DNA of 64,000 bases, taken from NCBI GenBank assembly GCA_965203175.1, contig OZ241867.1, forward strand, positions 6,176,001 to 6,240,000, given 5' to 3'. The notes under the pieces are model-generated. The model made no database searches. It was given only the letters and a program-made list of their open reading frames with translations, and was not told where the DNA came from. Below are positions 19,372 to 29,069 of this stretch, piece by piece (positions within the stretch are counted from its first letter, which is position 1; the number at the start of each line of letters is the position of its first letter). A program made the translations under genes and the position numbers. This DNA is from Candidatus Latescibacterota bacterium. Lineage in GTDB: Bacteria > Latescibacterota > UBA2968 > UBA8231.

Positions 19372-19892
19372 TGCGGTTCCAAGGGTTCGTGTACCGTGCA
19401 CACAACCCGCACTGGTCTTGGTCGCCGCTCTCGGGAGAGGGAGCGCGTCTTCATGGTGGTCGGTTTAACCGGATCGGTGTTCCCGCTCTCTATACATCTC
19501 TGTCGCCGGTTACCGCCATAAGAGAGGCGAGTCCATTGGGGCGACCAATGCAGCCGATCGTGCTGTGTTCCTACGAAGTGGATGCCGAGCCGATATTCGA
19601 TGCCACGAACTCGTTCCAGCGGGCCGCCCACTTTGTGACCGATTTTGAACTTAGCTGCCCAAATTGGGAACGAGAAATGCTGGACGGTGCAACCCCGGCA
19701 TCCCACACGCTAGCGGATCGCCTAATCGCGGCTGGCTATTTGGGAATGCGCGTCCAGAGCTTCGCGCTAGGGACCGAAGCCGATGATCTCAACTTAGTGT
19801 TCTGGCACTGGAGCGATCGTCGGCCGAGCCGCGTCGTGGTGATTGACGCCGAGGGGCGTCTTCTCAAGAATCCATCATCACCTACGAACTGA
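19371..19892 (+). CDS. RES-domain toxin (NAD+-targeting family)
   Basis: YRAH..SGEGARLHGGRFN..ALYTS..REA, VQSFA..NLVFW; coupled to the antitoxin via TGATG. Confidence 0.92.
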   Translation: MRFQGFVYRAHNPHWSWSPLSGEGARLHGGRFNRIGVPALYTSLSPVTAIREASPLGRPMQPIVLCSYEVDAEPIFDATNSFQRAAHFVTDFELSCPNWEREMLDGATPASHTLADRLIAAGYLGMRVQSFALGTEADDLNLVFWHWSDRRPSRVVVIDAEGRLLKNPSSPTN

Positions 19893-20029
19893 CGTTACGT
19901 AACCTCTGCCTTCGTAGGACAGACTCTTACGCCCACTTGGTTGGAGCAGGTATCCAGCAATGCTTGTTTGTAGACAAGGCGCTGGCCTGAGTAGCGTTCA
20001 AAGAGACATCCCCACGCAACCGAGCATCT

Positions 20030-21784
20030 ATGAGCACGGCACAACAACAGGCCGAGGCCCTAGCCGCCGGACTGTATGCCCATCAGGTCGAGGGCATTGC
20101 CTTCTTGTTGGGCCGCCAGCGGGCGATTCTCGCCGACGACATGGGGCTGGGCAAGACGCGGCAGTCCGTGCTGGCCATGCGCCAAGCCCGACCCGAAGGG
20201 CCTTATCTAGTCGTCTGCCCGGCAGCAGTCAAAATCAACTGGGCGCGCGAGATCAAGTTGGTGCTGCCGACGGCAGAAATCGCCATCGTCGGCCCCGCAC
20301 CCGCGCCTGAGCCCGGCTACACCGGCTGGGTCATCATCAACTACGACATCCTCGCCAAACACCCACTGGCGGAACACGCTTGGAGTGGCCTAGTCTTCGA
20401 CGAGGCCCACTATCTCAAAAACTACCGCAGCCAGCGGCACCGCCTGTCCATGGACTTGGTCAAGGCCGTCGATGACGAGGCGGTGATCCACCTTTTGACC
20501 GGCACGCCGTTGACGAGCCGGCCGCGCGATCTCTTCCCCTTGTTGCAATTGGCGCGCCACGCGCTCGGGCGTTCGTTCGTCTCGTTCGCCAAGCGCTATT
20601 GCGACGCGTACAAGGGCGAATACGGCTGGGTCGCCGACGGAGCCTCTAATATCGAAGAGCTGACCGTGCAGTTGCACGGCATCATGCTGCGCCGCACCAA
20701 GGCCGAGGTCCTCGACCTGCCGCCCAAGATCCGCAGTTGGCTCGACGTGGAGGTCGCCAGCCGGGTAGCGCGCGACATGAGCGAGGCCGTGACAGAACTG
20801 TTGCAGACCATCTCGCGCCGGGGCCAAGCCAAGCTAGCCGACGAGACCGAGACCGAGCGCCGCTCGCGCCAAGGCTGGATCATGGGCCAGCTAACCACCG
20901 CGCGCAACCGCTTGGCCATCGCCAAGGTCCGCAGCACGATCCCCTTCGTCGAAAACGCGCTCGAACAGGGCGAGAAGGTCCTAGTCTTCTCGTGTTTTCT
21001 CGCGCCCGTCAACACGCTGCGCAAGCACTTCGGCCAAAAGGCCGTAGCCATCACCGGCGAAGTGCCCGCTAGTGAGCGGCAACAACTAGCCGACCGCTTT
21101 CAGGAGGACGACTCCGTGCAGATACTAGCCGCGCAGATTACCGCCGGAGGCGTTGGGCTCAACCTCACGGCGGCGCGGCAGGTGGTCTTCAACGATCTCG
21201 ACTGGGTGCCGGTCAATCACTGGCAAGCCGAGGACCGGGCCTACCGCATCGGGCAACAGCAAGCCGTCAACGTCACCTACATGGTCGGCAGCAACACGAT
21301 CGACGAATTCGTCAAGACAGTCCTCGAGACCAAGTCGACGCTGATCGACCAACTAGTCGAAGGCAGCGCCTTACCCGGAGATTTCCAGCGCGACGTGATG
21401 GACGAGTTGCGGCGGGTAATGGAGGTGCTGCCCGAACTGCCCACTGGTGCAATGGACGAGCAGCAAGTGGCGGAACTCTTGCGCGAGGCCGGGACGGCTT
21501 TTGTCGCCGCGCAGCCCTCCGTCGAGTCGGAAACCAAGTCGCGCTTGCCGTCAGCCGAGGCCGTGCGCGTGTTGGCGCGGGTGTTGGCAGGGCCAAAGCG
21601 AGCGCTGTACCGAGTGGACAGTTCGTCGAAGCCGGGGGCGTTCTACGAATTGGAGGTAGAGGGAAACGACATAAGTTGTAGCTGTAAGGGATTTTCTTAT
21701 CGAGGAATTTGTCAACATGCGCGGGCGCTAAAAGAGGCATTGGTCAAGGGGGAGGGATTGCCGGAGGGATTCGTCGAAGTTTGA
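20030..21784 (+). CDS. SNF2-family helicase/ATPase with a C-terminal SWIM zinc finger
   Basis: LADDMGLGKT, DEAH, LTGTP, GVGLNL, QAEDRAYRIGQ; CSCKGFSYRGICQH. Confidence 0.93.
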   Translation: MSTAQQQAEALAAGLYAHQVEGIAFLLGRQRAILADDMGLGKTRQSVLAMRQARPEGPYLVVCPAAVKINWAREIKLVLPTAEIAIVGPAPAPEPGYTGWVIINYDILAKHPLAEHAWSGLVFDEAHYLKNYRSQRHRLSMDLVKAVDDEAVIHLLTGTPLTSRPRDLFPLLQLARHALGRSFVSFAKRYCDAYKGEYGWVADGASNIEELTVQLHGIMLRRTKAEVLDLPPKIRSWLDVEVASRVARDMSEAVTELLQTISRRGQAKLADETETERRSRQGWIMGQLTTARNRLAIAKVRSTIPFVENALEQGEKVLVFSCFLAPVNTLRKHFGQKAVAITGEVPASERQQLADRFQEDDSVQILAAQITAGGVGLNLTAARQVVFNDLDWVPVNHWQAEDRAYRIGQQQAVNVTYMVGSNTIDEFVKTVLETKSTLIDQLVEGSALPGDFQRDVMDELRRVMEVLPELPTGAMDEQQVAELLREAGTAFVAAQPSVESETKSRLPSAEAVRVLARVLAGPKRALYRVDSSSKPGAFYELEVEGNDISCSCKGFSYRGICQHARALKEALVKGEGLPEGFVEV

Positions 21785-21901
21785 CAAGTTCGGACGAACT
21801 GTTCCGATCCGATAAGCAACTTTCTGTATGGAAGTTTTTAGAGACGCTGGACTTGGATATATTGATTGCCATCCCCATCAACTTCTACAAGGAGCCTGTC
21901 C

Positions 21902-22546
21902 ATGGCCTTTGAAATTTTCGACTTCCGCAAAGAGGAACACATCAAAAACCTCCTCGTCACTCCGCACATCCGCTCCCGCTTTCTGCGCATGCAGCCGGGC
22001 GACGTGGCCGGCCTGCACAGCCACGACCTCGGTCACGAGATCTTCCTCATCCTGCAAGGCCGCTGCGCCTTCCACATCGCCGGCAGCGAACAGGAGCTGT
22101 GCGCGGGCCAGCTCTGCGTTGCCCTCGCCGACGAAATCCATCAGGTGCGGGTCGTCGGCGATGAACCCATGGTCATGTACCTATCGGTCACGCCCCACAT
22201 CCAACCGACCCACACCGGCCGCGACCCCGACGGTACCCGCCATCCAACCCGCTTCCAGCTTTCCAGCTCGTACGACGTGGAGACGGATACCGACACGCCC
22301 ATCGACGAACTCATCGACAAATTCACGACCGCAACTGACGATTTGGCCCGCGCCGCCAGCGACCAAGCGACTGCCCAAGCAGCAAGAAGCGACCAACTCA
22401 AGGCAGCTCTCGCGGCTGGCGACGAAGCACAGGCCACCGAGTTACGCGAAGCCATGTGGCAAGACGTGTACCAGAGCTTCAAGCGGGCCCACGCACTGGC
22501 TGATGTGTGGAATGACTTGACGCCTCGCGTCGGGAAGGTAGGTTGA
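21902..22546 (+). CDS. Cupin domain protein with a C-terminal helical region
   Basis: LHSH...EIFLILQG, EIHQV; AAGGAG RBS. Confidence 0.85.
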   Translation: MAFEIFDFRKEEHIKNLLVTPHIRSRFLRMQPGDVAGLHSHDLGHEIFLILQGRCAFHIAGSEQELCAGQLCVALADEIHQVRVVGDEPMVMYLSVTPHIQPTHTGRDPDGTRHPTRFQLSSSYDVETDTDTPIDELIDKFTTATDDLARAASDQATAQAARSDQLKAALAAGDEAQATELREAMWQDVYQSFKRAHALADVWNDLTPRVGKVG

Positions 22547-22547
22547 C

Positions 22548-23621
22548 ATGGCCCCTATCCGCATCGGCATCGTCGGCTGCGGTGCCGTCGCCCAAGTCCA
22601 GCACCTGCCCAACCTCACCGCGCTCAAGGACCTGTTCTCCGTCGAGATGGTTTGCGACATCTCGCCGAGCTTGGTGCAGACCGTAGCGCAGGAATTTCAC
22701 GTACCGCACCACACCGACGACTGGCGCGCACTGCTCGCTGCCGATCTCGACGCCGTACTCTTGTGCCACACCGATCCCAAAACCGAGATCGCCGTCGCCG
22801 CCTTTGAGGCCGGCAAACACGTCTTCGTCGAAAAGCCGATCTGCTTCTCCCTCCAAGAGGCTGACCGGATCATTGCCGCTCGGCAGGCGGCTGGCACCGT
22901 TGGCTTAGCTGGTTACATGAAAGTGTACGACCCGGCCTTTGAGGCCGCGGCCCGCGCTGCCGCTGACATGGCCGCGATCCGCTTCGTCCAGATCCACCAT
23001 CTGCACACCAACAACTCACATCACCTTGCGCACTTCCGCCTACACCGCACCGACGACATACCCGCTGATGCCGTCGAGCAAACGAGTGCGGCCCGCGCTG
23101 CAGCCGTGCGCGAGGCCATCGGCGAGGTCCCCGCCGACGTACAGTCTGCCTTTGGCTGCCTCTCCGGCAGCATGATCCACGACATCTACGGCCTGCGCGC
23201 CATCATGGGCATGCCCGAAAAAGTCTCCAGCACCGATATCTGGTACGAAGGCTGGGGCGTCAGCACCATGCTCGCTTACGCCAACGGCGCGCGCTGTGCG
23301 GCAACCTGGGTCGAGCTAAAGGACGTGCGCGACTTCAAAGAAACCCTCGAAGTCTGCGGTGACGACCGCCGCGTGTTGCTCTCTTATCCGACCGGCTTCT
23401 CGCGGGGCATCCTCTCCACCTTGGAGATTCAGACCCTCGACGAGGCCGGCGAGGCCATCACCCACCGCCCAGCCATCGCGTGGGAAGGCCCCTTCGTCCG
23501 CGAACTGAAGCACTTCCACGCCTGCATCACCGAAGGTGCGCAGCCGCGTACTCCCTTGGAAGAGGCCCGCTGCGACATCGCCCTGATCATCGACATCATC
23601 AAAGCCTATACAGACCGCTAA
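22548..23621 (+). CDS. Gfo/Idh/MocA oxidoreductase
   Basis: IGIVGCG, GKHVFVEKP, IHD. Confidence 0.93.
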   Translation: MAPIRIGIVGCGAVAQVQHLPNLTALKDLFSVEMVCDISPSLVQTVAQEFHVPHHTDDWRALLAADLDAVLLCHTDPKTEIAVAAFEAGKHVFVEKPICFSLQEADRIIAARQAAGTVGLAGYMKVYDPAFEAAARAAADMAAIRFVQIHHLHTNNSHHLAHFRLHRTDDIPADAVEQTSAARAAAVREAIGEVPADVQSAFGCLSGSMIHDIYGLRAIMGMPEKVSSTDIWYEGWGVSTMLAYANGARCAATWVELKDVRDFKETLEVCGDDRRVLLSYPTGFSRGILSTLEIQTLDEAGEAITHRPAIAWEGPFVRELKHFHACITEGAQPRTPLEEARCDIALIIDIIKAYTDR

Positions 23622-23634
23622 CAAAGGAAGCAAC

Positions 23635-25212
23635 ATGGCCCCCAAGCCCAAAGCACCACCCATCATCTTCACTGACGACGGCTGGATTTTCACGGCCGAG
23701 GAAAACGTCTCGGTCGCCGACCTCAAAGAGAAAATCGTCGATGGCTATGCTGGCACCGGCGGCGCGCTCTGGTGGAGCACGGGCGATCACGAAGTCTATC
23801 AGTTCGAGACGGAGATTGGCGAGAAATTCGGCGACGACCGCAGCGACCTCGACGCAACAGCCCCTTCTTTCGTCCACTCGGCCACGCCCGGCGTCGAGGA
23901 GCGGATCGCCGCCAATTTACGGGGCCTGATCTCCGAGTGCGGCGGACCATTGACCGCGCTCTCGGGACTGTGCCAAGAGGCGGAGATCCCCTTTTTCCCG
24001 CGCGTGCGCATGAACAGCCATTACGTGATCGATCCGTCCCATCCCGGCTACGGTTGCTTCCGCCGCGAGCAACCCCACCTGCTCATTGGCCGCCCCGGCG
24101 AGGAGTTCCCCGAAAAGTCGGTCGAGTGGGGCATCCGCACCGGTCTCGATTACGCCCACGCCGAGGTGCGCGAGCACATGCGGCGCATAGCCTGCGAGGT
24201 CTTCGAGCGCTTTGACGTCGATGGCATCGAACTCGACTTCATGCGCCATTCGGCCTTCTTCCGCATGGCCGAAGCCACGGCCAACAGCTACCTGATGACC
24301 GATCTGGTGCAAAAGATCAAGGCGCGGCTCGACGAAGTCAGCGCCCAACGGGGCAAGCCATTGCAACTAGCCGTCCGCGTCCCCCCGACCTTGGCAGACT
24401 CGCGGCGCATTGGCCTCGACGTTGACGAGTGGATCGAGACCGGCCTCGTCGATATCGTCGTCGTTGGCGGCGGCTTTATCTCGTTTGAGACTCCGGTCGA
24501 TGAATTCGTCCGCGCCGCGGCCTCCACCCCCTGCCTCATCTATGGCTGCATCGAGGCCACCCGCCACAGCGACCGGCACTTCCTCCGCGCCTTGGCCCTG
24601 CGCTGGCTCACCGACGGGGCCGACGGCATTTACCTGTACAACTTCTACACCATGTCGCCCGAGTGGAACCGCCAAACCGCCGCTGAATTCTCCGACATAG
24701 AAACCCTAAAAAAACTCGACAAATGCTACGAGATCAGCGGCACCATGTCCTTCAGCCCCACGGAGGGCCACAGCGCCGCCTTCCGCTTGGCCCACCCTTC
24801 GACGCCGCTTCCCGTGCCCTTGCCCACCGACAGCCCAAGCTTGGGGCCGACGTTCCGCATCCGCGTCGCCGATGATGTAGCCGATGCCACCGGCGGCTTG
24901 GCCTTGCGTTTGGATCACTTGCCAGCAGAGGACCGCCTCGAAGTCGAACTCAACGGCCGCGCCCTCCTTTGGGATCAGGCCCAAGTTTCCGGCGATGGCT
25001 GGTCGCGCGAGCTGGCAGCACCGCTGTTTTGGGCTAGCTATCCCACCCGTCCGGTCGAGCAAAAAATGGAAGGGGTCAGCGTGGAATTTGCAGTGGATGG
25101 TTCTTTTTTGCGGCAGGGTACTAACGAGATCGCCGTGCGGCTAGTGGCGGGTGAAAAAGATCGCCGCGAGCAAGTGATACTGACCGGCGTCGAATTGGCT
25201 ATTTCTCACTGA
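23635..25212 (+). CDS. Putative glycoside hydrolase-like TIM-barrel protein (GHL10-like)
   Basis: LDYAHAEVR, FDVDGIELDFMRH, GADGIYLYNF. Confidence 0.7.
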   Translation: MAPKPKAPPIIFTDDGWIFTAEENVSVADLKEKIVDGYAGTGGALWWSTGDHEVYQFETEIGEKFGDDRSDLDATAPSFVHSATPGVEERIAANLRGLISECGGPLTALSGLCQEAEIPFFPRVRMNSHYVIDPSHPGYGCFRREQPHLLIGRPGEEFPEKSVEWGIRTGLDYAHAEVREHMRRIACEVFERFDVDGIELDFMRHSAFFRMAEATANSYLMTDLVQKIKARLDEVSAQRGKPLQLAVRVPPTLADSRRIGLDVDEWIETGLVDIVVVGGGFISFETPVDEFVRAAASTPCLIYGCIEATRHSDRHFLRALALRWLTDGADGIYLYNFYTMSPEWNRQTAAEFSDIETLKKLDKCYEISGTMSFSPTEGHSAAFRLAHPSTPLPVPLPTDSPSLGPTFRIRVADDVADATGGLALRLDHLPAEDRLEVELNGRALLWDQAQVSGDGWSRELAAPLFWASYPTRPVEQKMEGVSVEFAVDGSFLRQGTNEIAVRLVAGEKDRREQVILTGVELAISH

Positions 25213-25443
25213 CGATCAGAATCGATCGCCCTTGCGAATATTTAGGCAAAGGACGAGTTTTTGCTCCCAACCCTAGAAAGTTTATACTAAATTTAGCTGA
25301 AGGACTTTCCAGTACACTTACCAGCATCGAATCATCGACGGGGAACCTTTGGCCAGCAAAGTGATTCATAGAGGAAAGTCTCGGTATTTTCAGCCGAGTT
25401 GAGCGGTCAGGCGCGGTAAATCGACCCTTCTGTTTCTGTACCG

Positions 25444-26118
25444 ATGGAGAGTGTGTTCATGCCCCAGGACCTCCCTTACTGGCTGCACTCCGTGAGTGTT
25501 GTCGTCACCGCGGAGTTTCACAACCCATCAATTCTTAACCCCGACTTCTTGGTGTCAAAAGAAATCGTGCCCGAGGACTGGGAGGTCTCCGAGACGATCA
25601 CGACTCCGTCGGTGTCCGTTGTGAGTTATAGCCAAGGTATCCAGTGGAGAGTAGATCAGTCGCAGCTCAATGTTGTTGAGAACTGTGAATCTTCTTTTCG
25701 GGATAACTATCACGTCTATGAGCTAGTCAACGCCTATCTGACGAAACTCCCCCATGTTCCCTATCGGAGCCTCGGGCTCAACTGTGTCTTGTCCATCAAG
25801 CAGAGCGATCCTGAACAGTGGCTGATCCAACAATTTCTGCAATCAGGCCCATGGCTTGAGGGGGAGCCCAAAGTACTTGGCATGGAACCGAAATTCAGCT
25901 TAGATGCAGGTGACGCGGTGTGCAATCTTACCTTCAACGCAGGGCAATTCACACCACCGCAAGGTGAACCTGAGACCGCCGTCATCGTAAGAAGCAACGT
26001 CCATCACGCTGGTCCACTCGACGCGAATAAGCTACACATGGCCATCAATCGTTGGCCGGAGAAGCAGAACTTTGTTATCTCGGCCCTAGACAAGCTACTA
26101 AAACAACCACAGACATGA
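25444..26118 (+). CDS. Hypothetical protein (TIGR04255-like), gene 1 of a coupled triplet
   Basis: SVVVTAEFHNPSILNPDFL, LPHVPYRSLGLN, SNVHH; family call from memory. Confidence 0.6.
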   Translation: MESVFMPQDLPYWLHSVSVVVTAEFHNPSILNPDFLVSKEIVPEDWEVSETITTPSVSVVSYSQGIQWRVDQSQLNVVENCESSFRDNYHVYELVNAYLTKLPHVPYRSLGLNCVLSIKQSDPEQWLIQQFLQSGPWLEGEPKVLGMEPKFSLDAGDAVCNLTFNAGQFTPPQGEPETAVIVRSNVHHAGPLDANKLHMAINRWPEKQNFVISALDKLLKQPQT

Positions 26119-26813
26119 GTATGTTGACGGTTCCTACAGATGCCGTATTTGAGAATGCAACTGAGGCGTCGATTTCCTCTAGATGCTCGGCATTCGATAC
26201 GAGCGAGGACAGCGCCAGCTACTTCCAATCAGTGCCGGCTAGTCTCGACTCGGGTCATCAACAAATGCCACTAACGTGGCTTGGAGAGGACTTACAGACA
26301 GTTGCTATCCCTTTAGTTCATAAAGTTCTCTACGGTGACGTCACTTTCGAAGAGTGGCCCACTTTCGTTCAGATTACTACCCGTCCCGCTTGGGAACCAA
26401 CAATTGCCACCGCGAATGCACCTAAGGAGATCATTGCGGTCCTCAGACTGTTCGGGCTTGATGCAATCGCTGATCGCCTAAGCTATCTCCAACAGCTTGT
26501 CGAGGACGATCCTGACGAGCCATCCATGTCGATTGAATCGTTGAGAGCGCTAGCTCTTTTTCTTATGAGCGAACGACAACTACCCGATCCACGAATCGGC
26601 GTCACCCCAGACGGATTGGCGCAAATTGAGTGGCGGTTCCCAACTAACGGTATTCTAGCCATGGAGTTTCTGTCCTCCGGTCTAATCCGATTCGCCGCCA
26701 TCTCTGCACCAGCCCAACGCGGCGTCGAGCGACTGAGCGTCAACGGCACGTTGCCTAAGGACGCGGCCCTAGAAGCGATCCGGCCATTCACCTCGCGTCT
26801 ATCGCTCCTATGA
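26115..26813 (+). CDS. Hypothetical protein, gene 2 of the triplet
   Basis: ATGA overlap; S/T-rich N-terminus, C-terminal PRIGVTPDG..QIEW..MEF. Confidence 0.7.
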   Translation: MSMLTVPTDAVFENATEASISSRCSAFDTSEDSASYFQSVPASLDSGHQQMPLTWLGEDLQTVAIPLVHKVLYGDVTFEEWPTFVQITTRPAWEPTIATANAPKEIIAVLRLFGLDAIADRLSYLQQLVEDDPDEPSMSIESLRALALFLMSERQLPDPRIGVTPDGLAQIEWRFPTNGILAMEFLSSGLIRFAAISAPAQRGVERLSVNGTLPKDAALEAIRPFTSRLSLL

Positions 26814-27250
26814 CGAACCAGTCGCTTCCCGACGCCGACCATATCTCACGGTATTGCAAGCCATCGACTGTCGACGATGGAATACCGATGTTCACTGCCT
26901 TCATACCACGACAAGATGAGGATTATCTCTCGGTCAATTGGCTTGAGTATTTCGGTGAAACCGAGTTGGACGTCGCCATTGAGCGGGTTCGAGAAGTGTT
27001 TCGTAGCAAGGATTTCACACTGCGACCGAACGGTCGGTTTGCAGTGCTGAACGTCGAGGCGGCAAAGACGGCTGTCCATGAAGCGGTCGGGCGTACCTTG
27101 AACATAGATCATCTGCCCCTCAGCGACGACCCGTCCCACGCTGGTATTCTCGGATATTCTTCGGAGGACTTGGCGGTCGCCGTAGAGCTAGCAGCGCTCG
27201 TCACATACCAAGACGTACACCTAGCTATACCCGGATCTATATCGATTTAG
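26810..27250 (+). CDS. Hypothetical protein with possible ADP-ribosyltransferase-like fold, gene 3 of the triplet
   Basis: ATGA overlap; ISRYC..AF..YLSVNW..SHAGI. Confidence 0.55.
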   Translation: MTNQSLPDADHISRYCKPSTVDDGIPMFTAFIPRQDEDYLSVNWLEYFGETELDVAIERVREVFRSKDFTLRPNGRFAVLNVEAAKTAVHEAVGRTLNIDHLPLSDDPSHAGILGYSSEDLAVAVELAALVTYQDVHLAIPGSISI

Positions 27251-27257
27251 TTCAGAC

Positions 27258-27497
27258 CTAAGTCGGAGAAGGCAATGGCCTGCCGTCTTGCCTGTAGAGT
27301 TCAATTGTCTCTTCAACGATACGGCACAGTTCTGAAAACACTTCTTGTTCGTTATCACCGTGGCAGCCACCGTAAAAGAGACCCGGACAACTGCCAACAT
27401 AGCACTGATCTTCATCAGACCATTCTACTATTTTGACGTAACTCATGCGGCCCTCAATGTATGGTCTCTCCTGCTCATCGAACTCGCCGATGATCAT
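27258..27497 (-). pseudogene. Chimera of an aspartyl-protease-like N-terminal stub and a HicB-like domain
   Basis: MIIGEFDEQERPYIEGR followed by YVKIVEWSDEDQCYVGSCPGL..CHGD..GRPLP. Confidence 0.6.
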
Positions 27498-27778
27498 AGG
27501 ATCAGCAGGGGTGGGTCTGTGTCCAAGAACTCGATCACTACGTCCGCTCCGTGCAGCCCCCGGCCCTCAACCTCCCTGAGTACCTCATCCATGGAGTCGC
27601 CTACGGCTATAACTCCCTCCTTCCCCATCGCCACCCACTTGTCGGGATGACGTTCCACTAGACTAGGGCGCTCCTTGCTCATGCAAGCGACTATTTGGTG
27701 GTAATCGTCCATCTCATCTATCAAGGCTTTGGCACCACCCAAGCCCTCAATGATCCCCTTCACATAGTCCTTGTCCAT
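27494..27778 (-). CDS. DUF5678-like small protein
   Basis: AAGGAG RBS; HPDKWVAMGKEGVIAVGDSMDEV..VIEF. Confidence 0.7.
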   Translation of the reverse strand: MDKDYVKGIIEGLGGAKALIDEMDDYHQIVACMSKERPSLVERHPDKWVAMGKEGVIAVGDSMDEVLREVEGRGLHGADVVIEFLDTDPPLLIL

Positions 27779-27987
27779 AAGATGTCTCCTTCTCTTTTGT
27801 CGTTCGTAATCAACAAGAAGGCAAGCCAGCCCGTTTTCGCGCTTTGAGCGTCTTGCGCAGCAACTCAAACTCGGGTGCTGCTTCATCATACTTTTCTTTG
27901 TATTTAGGCTGCGACCGCATTTTTGCGATCAATTCTTTGTGCGTCATCATCTTTGATTTCATTTCGGGCTAATGGGATTTTCAATAT

Positions 27988-28869
27988 CTACTCTTCCCAC
28001 GGAATGCTCTCTCTCAGGACGAAATCGGCGCGATTCGTTATAAGATCAGTCATTCTATAGACCAGCGGATCAAGGCAATCAGAGACAAATGCTTCAAGCT
28101 GGTTCTGACGTACAAACTCGACGGAGAATATCCCGTTGAGTTTTTTTGATCGAATCTCTCTCTTGAAGGTAACATAGTCTATTCCCTGTGGCACGGGATC
28201 GGCTTTCATCGAGTCCACATAGAAAATATCGCCGCTGATAATCACCATAGGAACGAACAACCAGAAATATCGCCATTCACCAGATCGGCGGTAATCCATA
28301 ATCATTTTATGCTTCTGGGCTGTAAACGCTTTTGCCATAGGATAGAATATCGAATCGTATAAGCCGCCATGATTGGCGTGCCAGCTTTTTCCTTTACTGC
28401 GATCAATCCGGCAGAATTGGACAGCCTTCGTATCTCTTGCGAAGCCATGATGCACCTTGTCTAAACCTAGATGAAAGAACGCGGGTTTTTTTCTAACCTG
28501 AAAACCGCCTCTCGCTATTTTTTTTCGTGCCTCGTAGTTTGCAACTGGAAAAACAAACTCCTGCGGAGGGTAATGGCTATCCGCCTGATTCTTGGGCCGC
28601 CCTATGAAGACGAACGGATTCGTGCTGTTTTTGCATTCAGCGATGACCTCGACAAACGCTGATAGCTTTCTCTTTTCATTATGAGCCACTCGCCTGATCG
28701 CTCTAACGTCGATCTCACGAGATTTTCCTTCCTCGATATCCTCAAATGCCAAGTTAGTTTGGACATTGAAATTGAGAGATTCTAGTTGAGTAGCAACCTC
28801 CTGCTCCATCAAATAACCGGACTGTTTGAGTGCGTCGATAATATCTTTATGATTGGGACAATCGCTCAT
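27988..28869 (-). CDS. Putative PD-(D/E)XK nuclease-fold protein
   Basis: SGYLMEQEVA..REIDVRA..VIAECK. Confidence 0.7.
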   Translation of the reverse strand: MSDCPNHKDIIDALKQSGYLMEQEVATQLESLNFNVQTNLAFEDIEEGKSREIDVRAIRRVAHNEKRKLSAFVEVIAECKNSTNPFVFIGRPKNQADSHYPPQEFVFPVANYEARKKIARGGFQVRKKPAFFHLGLDKVHHGFARDTKAVQFCRIDRSKGKSWHANHGGLYDSIFYPMAKAFTAQKHKMIMDYRRSGEWRYFWLFVPMVIISGDIFYVDSMKADPVPQGIDYVTFKREIRSKKLNGIFSVEFVRQNQLEAFVSDCLDPLVYRMTDLITNRADFVLRESIPWEE

Positions 28870-29016
28870 TCGGCAACTTCTCCGATAGGTTAGTTGTAGC
28901 CATGACTACGCCGCCAGCGCATTCATATACGCCAAATGGGTGAACAATTGGCCGAGCATATCACAGTTCCTTTGAATTGAAAAAAAACTTTGATTTCTTC
29001 GCCGTAATCTGTCATA

Positions 29017-29036
29017 GTATGGTAAGCCTACCATAC
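29017..29036. promoter_or_regulatory. Palindromic operator at a putative promoter of the XRE gene
   Basis: GTATGGTA-AGCC-TACCATAC; TTGATT-17-CATAGT at 28990-29018. Confidence 0.55.
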
Positions 29037-29069
29037 CGGCATTTTGAATACAGCCGTGGGAGACGAAGA

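Noticed and set aside
18736-29052. Shared 15-mer GGCATTTTGAATACA at about 18736 and 29038
   Set aside because: A single 15-nt match in 64 kb is about chance expectation, and the flanks do not align
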